DNA of 44,457 nt from a virus: the IMG/VR virus record IMGVR_UViG_3300017922_000005, positions 1-44,457 of that record; one strand, written 5' to 3'. This document shows positions 16,823 through 23,908 of this stretch, piece by piece (the first letter of the stretch is position 1; each line of letters opens with the position of its first letter). The position numbers were made by a program, and so were the translations under genes. The notes under the pieces were generated by a model. That model was not told the origin of the DNA, ran no database searches, and saw only the letters and a program-made list of their open reading frames with translations.

Positions 16823-17032
16823 TCTGAGTCAAATGAATTCATCCCTGTGGGATGAATACCAATCGTCCCGACGATATTCTGACCTCACGTGACCAGAATC
16901 CATGACGAATCCCATGGCACCATTCTTCTGAATGAACGTGCGCACAATTCTGCTATTGTCGCTGCAATGCTTGGCTGCTGGTTTCATGGCTGAACCTCCC
17001 AGTTCAGCCAGTTTGAATTCACAAATTCAAAC
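16704..17032. other. Array of about 15 abutting hairpins and palindromes
   Basis: Stems at 16704-19, 16728-49, 16750-69, 16784-815, 16816-30, 16837-57, 16862-75, 16876-99, 16900-17, 16921-34, 16952-70, 16987-17010, 17011-32; palindromes GGACGTCC and GTGCGCAC. Confidence 0.75.
16829..16987 (-). CDS. Small protein, 52 aa, inside the hairpin array; not in ORF track
   Basis: GGAGG + 7 nt + ATG; MKPAAKHCSDNSRIVRTFIQKNGAMGFVMDSGHVRSEYRRDDWYSSHRDEFI. Confidence 0.55.
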   Translation of the reverse strand: MKPAAKHCSDNSRIVRTFIQKNGAMGFVMDSGHVRSEYRRDDWYSSHRDEFI

Positions 17033-17246
17033 ATAACTGATCCTCACCAAATTCGACATTCCTGACAGTGGTTCCAAACCGATTCAGGAACAATTCATGC
17101 ACATTGTCGTGGATGTTCTCGGCAATTGCGCTGGTCAATTCTTTCACGCCATTGTGGTCAATCCTGTCGCTCACATTCACGACCACGGTTTCACGTGCAT
17201 GCCTGCCATGATCATTCATGACATCAATTTGGATGTTGAGTTGCAT
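17019..17246 (-). CDS. Small early protein
   Basis: GGAG RBS; 75 aa; no Tyr. Confidence 0.7.
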   Translation of the reverse strand: MQLNIQIDVMNDHGRHARETVVVNVSDRIDHNGVKELTSAIAENIHDNVHELFLNRFGTTVRNVEFGEDQLCLNL

Positions 17247-17279
17247 TTCAATCGCTCCAAAAAAGTGAATTGGTTGGGC

Positions 17280-17618
17280 TCATTGCCCAACCTGTGACTC
17301 TAATTCAGCAATGCGCTGCTTGAGCAATTCCTCCTTGGATGGCTCGTGCATTGCGTCATCAATGACATCCTTGAGCTGCATTGCTACCAATTCACCCACG
17401 AATTCCTCTGGGGTTGGTTGCAATTGCGCTGCTGACTTGACTGACTTGGATCGCTTGAGGTCACGTGGCGCTGGTTCCTTGATTCCCAACCTCACCAACC
17501 AGCGTCGTGCATTCTCTCTGCTGCATTCCAATTCCTTGGCAACTCCAGTCACGGATTGCCTCACGTCCCATGCGTCACGAACCGATTGCTCGTCAATTCC
17601 TTTGTGGTTGCTGCTCAT
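17280..17618 (-). CDS. HTH DNA-binding protein, first gene of the leftward arm
   Basis: SVTGVAKELECSRENARRWLVRLGI HTH; C-terminal short coiled coil; no Tyr. Confidence 0.75.
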   Translation of the reverse strand: MSSNHKGIDEQSVRDAWDVRQSVTGVAKELECSRENARRWLVRLGIKEPAPRDLKRSKSVKSAAQLQPTPEEFVGELVAMQLKDVIDDAMHEPSKEELLKQRIAELESQVGQ

Positions 17619-17661
17619 ACTTGATCACGTCCTGCCATGGATGGGAGCGGGTTGCGCTGAT

Positions 17662-17685
17662 CCGGAACCGAACCGGAACCGAACC
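17662..17685 (+). repeat. Tandem 11-bp repeat (CCGGAACCGAA x2.2)
   Basis: Seen directly in the GC-rich segment upstream of the first leftward gene. Confidence 0.85.
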
Positions 17686-17859
17686 AGCATGCCGCCCCAT
17701 CCCTCGGCAATCAACCCGATGAGGTGGGCGCTCGTGCTGTGATCGCTATCGGGCGCCATCGGCAATGGTTTGCTGGTGCTATGCGATGGCGGCAGAGGTC
17801 GGTGGCGGGGTTGAATCGGCATCGGAATCCGATGTCCGGTGGGGTTTGCTAGAGGAAAT

Positions 17860-18790
17860 AAGAATCTGATTGCCGATATTCGTCGTTTGTGAAACCGGAA
17901 AAATAATTCTAATTGAGTACAAAAAAGGGGAACCACTTGTTTGATTTTACAAATGTAGTCAGCAATTTAATTCCGACATAATAAGAAACCGGAATCTGAT
18001 TGCTGTTTGTATTTTCGTAAACCAAATAAAAGAATTAGTTAACTAGTAAACCGGAAATTAAAAAATAATTAACTAGTAAACCAGAAAAAGGTTGCCGATT
18101 TACGAGCAGTCAAATATCGGAAACCGATTGCCGAAAATATGAAAATGAGTTGGTAATACATATGAAATATTATATAGATTAGGTACTTCGTAATAATGAG
18201 TTTATAGGGCGTATGAAATATTCTATAAATTAGGTACTTAGTGGTAATTATTTTGATTCTCATTCTAAGTGAGAACATACACAATACATCAAATCTTACA
18301 AAAAACAAAACCTTCTTATTTATGAAGTGTCTTATTATACATAATTATCAAGGACAAGGAATTAGAGCATATTATGCTGAAAATATGAGTACACACCCAT
18401 CAATCGATTTAATCAAGTGTTATGCGTTTGATGGGGATGATCTATGTGGGTTATTTACGGTTAAATAGATAGGATAGCATAATTCCTTCAACAACAATTA
18501 AACATGCAAATGCTACACCTATTAATGGATTATTTGGATCATATTTCAATTCAGAAAATTGAAATAAAAATAATGCTTGTATTATTTTATATATCATGTA
18601 AAATACTAAATCTCATGAAATTCCATGAAATACAATATAATATGACCCCATATAATCCCACATGGCACCAATAAATATTGCACCAATAAATACTACACGA
18701 TATTTTATTAGGTACCCAAGGGTATTTCCTATTACCAGCATATGTCCAGAAAGATTAACTCAAAGTACGTACGTAAAAATAATTTATAAG
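17860..18790. promoter_or_regulatory. AT-rich divergent control region with several direct-repeat families (candidate origin, promoters or terminus)
   Basis: AAACCGGAA at 17892, 17986, 18048; TTAACTAGTAAACC(G/A)GAAA at 18039 and 18069; 28-bp TATGAAATATT..TTAGGTACTT at 18161 and 18212; GCACCAATAAATA at 18665 and 18680. Confidence 0.65.
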
Positions 18791-18800
18791 GACATGGAAT

Positions 18801-18947
18801 ATGACGATAGCACTTGAAGACTTAAAAATGGAAGAGATTGAATTATGGTTTGACTCCCTTGATGGGGATGAAAGACAGGAAGTGATTGATTATGCAAAAG
18901 GAATGAAACCACCAATAGATATGGTACTTGAAAAGGTGAATCAATGA
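18801..18947 (+). CDS. Small acidic protein, 48 aa; not in ORF track
   Basis: MTIALEDLKMEEIELWFDSLDGDERQEVIDYAKGMKPPIDMVLEKVNQ; ATGA overlap with the next gene. Confidence 0.65.
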   Translation: MTIALEDLKMEEIELWFDSLDGDERQEVIDYAKGMKPPIDMVLEKVNQ

Positions 18948-19159
18948 CACAGTATATAAGTGATAATGCCAGAGAATGGTTATATGAAGTCAAAAATTGG
19001 TTAAAAGAACAGGGGATACAAAAGTTTGCATACTGTGAATTACCATCTCATCTAAAAAATTATAAGAATTTTAGAAAGGCTGCAGTTTCATCATTGATAA
19101 ATAAAGATGGTAGAAAATATGTGAATAATTCATGGATTTGTATCTGGAGGATAAATTGA
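18944..19159 (+). CDS. Small wHTH-like protein (paralog A)
   Basis: AGGTGA RBS; shares a W...V..W, LP..L, LI.K.GR, W pattern with the next gene. Confidence 0.7.
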   Translation: MTQYISDNAREWLYEVKNWLKEQGIQKFAYCELPSHLKNYKNFRKAAVSSLINKDGRKYVNNSWICIWRIN

Positions 19160-19440
19160 TGACCAAGATACCTACATATGATTTATTATGCTGGATACAT
19201 AAGGTAGATAAATGGATGCAGAAAAATGATCTGGAATATTTTATGACTTATACATTGCCCGAATATTTGTATAATAAGAAGTATGCAATGTCTGCATCAC
19301 AACAGGGATTGATTGAAAAATGTGGTAGAGTACCACTTAATGGTCACAATGTAAAACAATGGATGATACCGCCAGAAACTAAATTAAAGGTTAAAAGGAG
19401 AGTATTAGGTGTTACCAAAGCCAAGGAACTTGCTTGTTAA
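19159..19440 (+). CDS. Small wHTH-like protein (paralog B)
   Basis: GGAGG + 8 nt + ATG (TGATG overlap); pattern shared with paralog A. Confidence 0.7.
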   Translation: MTKIPTYDLLCWIHKVDKWMQKNDLEYFMTYTLPEYLYNKKYAMSASQQGLIEKCGRVPLNGHNVKQWMIPPETKLKVKRRVLGVTKAKELAC

Positions 19441-19450
19441 AATACTATTA

Positions 19451-19510
19451 ATGTATGTAATACTATACATGATTGCTCTCTTTATTGTAGGGGTTGTTGC
19501 GGTGAGGTAA
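19451..19510 (+). CDS. Possible 19-aa hydrophobic peptide
   Basis: MYVILYMIALFIVGVVAVR fills the gap between genes; no RBS. Confidence 0.3.
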   Translation: MYVILYMIALFIVGVVAVR

Positions 19511-19512
19511 AT

Positions 19513-19797
19513 ATGGAATTATATGATATATTAAAAAATAAATTTTGGAATTGTATGGATTACATAATGCTGAGCTCCTTACGCAGGGTTTACTCTATTT
19601 CCTTTGATTGTAAATGCATGTGTAATGATGTTGATTTTGAAAAGAAATGGAGATTGTATAATGATCAGGAAGTTTACAGATGCCCGAAGTGCGGAACCAT
19701 TATAAGGTGTGGATTTACGTTATACAACAAAAAAAGAGCGAGAAAAATCAAAGACAACGACATTTACGAGGATATGGAATATGACAGAAATGGGTGA
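19513..19797 (+). CDS. Zn-ribbon protein
   Basis: GGTGAGG RBS; CKC...CPKCG. Confidence 0.7.
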   Translation: MELYDILKNKFWNCMDYIMLSSLRRVYSISFDCKCMCNDVDFEKKWRLYNDQEVYRCPKCGTIIRCGFTLYNKKRARKIKDNDIYEDMEYDRNG

Positions 19798-20002
19798 ATA
19801 CCTTGGATATGAGTATGAAGTGTATTATGATGCTATTGGTGAGGATAAGAAGGTACAACACACTCTGACAGTTTACATAGATCATCAACATTATATAACC
19901 ATGCCCAAAGCCAGTGGTAAGTGGAGTATAAGTGAAATCAAGCAAAAAATTCAAAAAATATCTGACATGATGACCCCTAATAGTTACAAGTCAGTTCAAT
20001 GA
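19781..20002 (+). CDS. Hypothetical protein (start 19781 or 19790)
   Basis: Open frame overlapping the upstream stop; the track start at 19709 lies inside the upstream gene. Confidence 0.6.
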   Translation: MTEMGEYLGYEYEVYYDAIGEDKKVQHTLTVYIDHQHYITMPKASGKWSISEIKQKIQKISDMMTPNSYKSVQ

Positions 20003-20206
20003 CAAGACTGGGTATTGAAGGTGATATAGTACCTAATGGGGAGTGCGAGACACTCTTCAGGTGGTACTTATATACAAAGTAAAACAATGAAAGATGCGGT
20101 AAAGGGTTCCGATGCCATTATACTTACAAATGAGGATGCCCATATTCAAATGCTCCGTAAGATGATGCATAATGGTGCCGGAACTTTTTGCCTTTGTCAC
20201 GATTGA
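19999..20206 (+). CDS. Two possible micro-ORFs (19999-20082, 27 aa; 20087-20206, 39 aa)
   Basis: ATGA overlap then a 4-nt gap; they fill an otherwise empty interval. Confidence 0.3.
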
Positions 20207-20227
20207 GGGTGAAATCCCCTCATTTTA
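20204..20227 (+). terminator. Hairpin plus T-tract
   Basis: TGAGGG/CCCTCA stem followed by TTTT. Confidence 0.4.
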
Positions 20228-20242
20228 TTAGGAGGAATTTAT

Positions 20243-20995
20243 ATAACAACACCAGTAAGAACATTTCACTGTAAGACAGGAAATATAAATAGAATACATG
20301 AAGTAATGGTGAGAACCATCCTGAATGAAGGCGAAGATATTGTCTTTGGAGATGCAAAAGAGCAGAAACACGCACGAAATATTTATGGTATACTGATTCT
20401 GGAAAGACCAGCCATTGTAAAAGCCATAGATAAAACTCCGGAAATGTATCCATGGGGAGGCAAGAAAGCCAGAATATTTAGGGATGAATTCCTTGCTGAT
20501 TGTAGGAGACTGGAAGTAAGCAAACAGGGATTTGATTACACATATCCAGACCTATTGAAATGCTTCCCTGCTAAGAATTCAGAATATGGAATGAATCAAT
20601 TTTACGTATCCCTCGATAAATTGAGAGAGGATATGAAAACTGGCATTAGCAGCAACAGAAATATTGGTGTACTCTATAATCCTTGTACTATGTATGAAAT
20701 GAAAAATCTTCCATGTTTCAATGAATTCCAAATAGTATATGAAGGCAATGCAAAAGGTTCTTTGAGACTGACTTTCCGTTCCCATGATTGGGGAACTGCT
20801 GTATGGGCGAATGTAATGTCCATTGCCAATGCTTTCAATGAATTGGTATTTAAGCCAGCAGACTGTAAGCTTGATAATATTATTATTAATTCTTATTCTG
20901 CCCACATATATAAAAACGATATGGGGTATTATGAAAAGATGTTAAATTCTAAAACTGCAAGAATGAAACAGGCAATATCCAGGACGATAAAATGA
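20243..20995 (+). CDS. Thymidylate-synthase-family enzyme; probable ATA start at 20243 (first ATG at 20306)
   Basis: LPCFNEFQ catalytic Cys, FRSHDWGTAVWAN, SAHIY; GGAGG 7 nt before ATA with an open frame TTPVRTF... Confidence 0.85.
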   Translation: MTTPVRTFHCKTGNINRIHEVMVRTILNEGEDIVFGDAKEQKHARNIYGILILERPAIVKAIDKTPEMYPWGGKKARIFRDEFLADCRRLEVSKQGFDYTYPDLLKCFPAKNSEYGMNQFYVSLDKLREDMKTGISSNRNIGVLYNPCTMYEMKNLPCFNEFQIVYEGNAKGSLRLTFRSHDWGTAVWANVMSIANAFNELVFKPADCKLDNIIINSYSAHIYKNDMGYYEKMLNSKTARMKQAISRTIK

Positions 20996-21306
20996 ATAGA
21001 TTATTACACGAAAAAGTGATTGAAGATACCGTAACACTCCGGAGTACGGAAGAGCATGAAAGAGCCGTACACGAAGAAACTTCTGAACTTTCCATGACCA
21101 TTGCTCATCATGCCCGTGGAAGAACTACTCTTGGTGAAGTCATGAAAGAAGTGGCAGATGTAATTCTTGCATGTGAAGTCTTTCTGGCTGCTAATAATAT
21201 AGATCAGGAAAGTTTCGACCTTGTAATGAATGATGAATTGAAACGCATGGACATGAAAAATAAGTCACTCAAAGTCCAGAAATCAGGACCTACCTTTTCT
21301 GATTGA
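20992..21306 (+). CDS. MazG-like all-alpha NTP pyrophosphohydrolase
   Basis: HEETSEL...KEVADV acidic motifs. Confidence 0.75.
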   Translation: MNRLLHEKVIEDTVTLRSTEEHERAVHEETSELSMTIAHHARGRTTLGEVMKEVADVILACEVFLAANNIDQESFDLVMNDELKRMDMKNKSLKVQKSGPTFSD

Positions 21307-21315
21307 TGATGTCGT

Positions 21316-21438
21316 GTGAGCAGGGAGATATAGTTGGAGTGTCAGCCGGAAACTGTGGTTCTACCTACAGGCAATCTGCACGCTCGGAGGATGGTTCTAT
21401 TCTCCCAACCCCCCAATCTCTCACCAAAACCATCCTCC
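21316..21438 (+). ncRNA. Candidate structured RNA with degenerate tRNA-like features
   Basis: Perfect 11-bp stem 21386-96/21428-38; stem 21353-21370 with a TTCTAC loop; GGTTCTATTC T-loop-like element. Confidence 0.3.
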
Positions 21439-21460
21439 ACATTTCCCATGGAGATCAAAA

Positions 21461-21766
21461 ATGAAAGTAACTGTAATGCCCAATAAAGACATGGTATATT
21501 TTTCGGCTAGATTAGCTTTACGTAGACAAGGAGTCACTCATCTGGCTGAAGAAAAGTTGAGTGCTGAAGAAATAATTTTCAGAAAGATTGAAGAGAATAA
21601 AGTAGGTAGAAGTATTGCCTATCCTCTTATATATAATAAGAAAGTCAAACGTCAGCATGGACTTTTGAAAAACAAGCGTCTTTGTCAATTCATGGAAACT
21701 GTAAACGAATCCAATAAATGGATTGCCCAAGACTCCGGTGATAAGATAATCCTTATCCCCCAATAA
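21461..21766 (+). CDS. Basic hypothetical protein
   Basis: GGAGA RBS; 101 aa. Confidence 0.7.
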   Translation: MKVTVMPNKDMVYFSARLALRRQGVTHLAEEKLSAEEIIFRKIEENKVGRSIAYPLIYNKKVKRQHGLLKNKRLCQFMETVNESNKWIAQDSGDKIILIPQ

Positions 21767-21806
21767 TCTTTGTTATTTCTGTTTTACTTATACTTATTCT
21801 TTTTAT

Positions 21807-22370
21807 ATGACTGACGATAAAATTTCTGATGTTACAGATGCTATAAAGGCTCCTAATTGTAGGGTATGTAACCATCCCAGAAGGTCAGATATTGACCAGA
21901 TGCTTATCCTGGGTGTCAGATATAAGGACATAATCAAAAATCTGGGAGCTGAAGGCAGCGAACTGAATACCAAAATTCTGTCCAATCACAAGAACAAACA
22001 TATAAATGTAGATCAGGTTCCGGATGTAATACCAAGTACCGTACAGGCTGGACTGGTGGATGCCCATCAAAGGGCGTTTGAATTACAATTTGAAAACCAA
22101 CGTCTGCGTTCCGAAAATATGCTTGCTGACCAGAAAATGAGAATGACACAGCAGGCTGCAGTTTGTTTAACTATTATAGACCAGTTGCCACAGGTACTTG
22201 AAACAGCAACAGTAAAAGATGTTCTGAATGCGACCAAAATGCTCTCCGAGATATGTGGGGATAGAGTGGAAAAGCACGAACATCAGATTGATGTAGTTGC
22301 TGACATGAACATGGATGAAGATACTCTCAAAGCAATTGGAGATATTTTAGCCAGTGGCAAGAAGAAGTGA
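21807..22370 (+). CDS. terS: Terminase small subunit (putative)
   Basis: CRVCNHPRRSDIDQMLILG HTH-like N-terminus; immediately upstream of TerL. Confidence 0.7.
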   Translation: MTDDKISDVTDAIKAPNCRVCNHPRRSDIDQMLILGVRYKDIIKNLGAEGSELNTKILSNHKNKHINVDQVPDVIPSTVQAGLVDAHQRAFELQFENQRLRSENMLADQKMRMTQQAAVCLTIIDQLPQVLETATVKDVLNATKMLSEICGDRVEKHEHQIDVVADMNMDEDTLKAIGDILASGKKK

Positions 22371-23908
22371 GGCACATCATGGAAATGAATGATGCCACCG
22401 AAATACTCCTGAAGACCAGTGAAGGTAGAAGAGCCCTTGCCAAAAATTCTATTTCTTTTTTCTTGAGTTATTATCTGGGATTGGATATTGATAAGCATCA
22501 TGAAGAATGGATATCCAGAATATACATTAAGAGATTGCATTACGAAGCCCCCCGTGACCATGGAAAATCTACAATCTTTTCTTTTGGATATCCATTGTGG
22601 TTACTTTATCATGTACCAAATGTAAGAACACTGGTCGTATCCCGTACAGGAGGTTCTTCCGGTGTTTCTACAAAGGTTAGGGAAGCCATAATTGAGGAGA
22701 TGAAGACCAATAATCGCCTTCTAGAAGATTATGGTAAGATAATTACCAAAGAGAAGGGAGGAAATATATGGGTTAAACGTACCAAACGAGGTATAAAAGA
22801 CCCCTCACTAGAGTCTGTGGGTGTGGGTGGTTCAATTACTGGTGGTCACTACGATTTTATTCTGGTGGATGACTTGATTGATCCCAGCAACTCCCGAACC
22901 CAGACCATGAGGGATTACGTAGCTGACTGGTTTAATGGTACCCTGATGGAACTTCTGGAACCGGATTCCCAGATCATTGTGGTTGGTACCCGTAAACACT
23001 GGGATGATTTATATAAATATATACTGGACAACAAATTGTGGAACAGTTATATAGATAAAGCCATAATCAGATATCCAGATCATTATGAAATTATTGCGCC
23101 CGATGAAGAAACATATGAAGATATGACATTTGAGGAAGCCGACAGGCGTGGCGGAGAACTCAAGATCATTAATGATGTCAAGGTATATGTTGAAGGAGAC
23201 TATGAAGTCCTCTGGAAAGAAAAATGGGATATATTCCAGTTATTGTATAATAAATACGATATTGGCTCCATTCTTTTTAACAGGGAAAAACAAAATGATC
23301 CATCCGGCATGCAAGGTAAGATTCTGAATGTAGAATGGTTACAATTTTATGAAAAGAAAGACTTGCCCAATGATTTAATTGTTTATCAGGGAGTGGACTT
23401 GGCAATCTCTGAAAAGGAAACTTCCGATTATATGTCAATCTGTACGGTAGGATACTCCCCATCAAAACAGATCGTCTATGTTCTGGAGTTCTGGAGAGGA
23501 CATCGCACATTCCCTGAACAAATCGGGATGATTGAACGATTTGGTAATAAATGGGACCCCATACGGATAACTATCGAATCTAACGCATACCAGAATGCAA
23601 TGATACAGTACCACCACGCTGTCAATATGTTACCCGTTGTGGGTTCCCCAACTACAAAGGATAAAACAACAAGGATGCTTGCCATTTCTCCACAGATCGA
23701 GAATGGTAAAATTCTATTTAACAGAGATATTCCTTATTATGAAAATTTTGAAGAGGAATTTGTACAATTCCCATATGGAGCGCATGATGATACTTTGGAC
23801 AGTCTGGAAATTTGTGTAAGACCTATTTTTCAGGTTGGTCAGATACATATTGGTGATTGGTCAACTGGTAAGGATGTTGCAGGAGAAAAAGGATGGTTTT
23901 CAATATAA
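22367..23908 (+). CDS. terL: Terminase large subunit
   Basis: Walker A PRDHGKST, Walker B ILVDD, GTR motif, nuclease GVDLA and HDDTLDS. Confidence 0.95.
   Translation: MRHIMEMNDATEILLKTSEGRRALAKNSISFFLSYYLGLDIDKHHEEWISRIYIKRLHYEAPRDHGKSTIFSFGYPLWLLYHVPNVRTLVVSRTGGSSGVSTKVREAIIEEMKTNNRLLEDYGKIITKEKGGNIWVKRTKRGIKDPSLESVGVGGSITGGHYDFILVDDLIDPSNSRTQTMRDYVADWFNGTLMELLEPDSQIIVVGTRKHWDDLYKYILDNKLWNSYIDKAIIRYPDHYEIIAPDEETYEDMTFEEADRRGGELKIINDVKVYVEGDYEVLWKEKWDIFQLLYNKYDIGSILFNREKQNDPSGMQGKILNVEWLQFYEKKDLPNDLIVYQGVDLAISEKETSDYMSICTVGYSPSKQIVYVLEFWRGHRTFPEQIGMIERFGNKWDPIRITIESNAYQNAMIQYHHAVNMLPVVGSPTTKDKTTRMLAISPQIENGKILFNRDIPYYENFEEEFVQFPYGAHDDTLDSLEICVRPIFQVGQIHIGDWSTGKDVAGEKGWFSI

Noticed and set aside
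18161-18239. 28-bp repeat pair as a mini-CRISPR array
   Set aside because: Only two copies with a 23-nt gap, TATA-like content, no CRISPR repeat terminus; better explained as tandem promoter or operator
18241-18468. ORF ending in TAG as a counter-example or a fifth read-through case
   Set aside because: Lies in the AT-rich repeat region with no RBS or motif, and a second TAG follows three codons later; probably not a gene, so excluded from the stop-codon census. If real, it would weaken the recoding claim.
21303-21370. Hammerhead ribozyme (TTGATGA...GAAAC)
   Set aside because: Core lacks CUGAUGA and the stem II closing pair; helices do not assemble
21323-21414. Canonical tRNA-Pyl or suppressor tRNA gene
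   Set aside because: 6-nt anticodon loop, two mismatches each in acceptor and T stems, no resemblance to pylT; kept only as a low-confidence structured RNA
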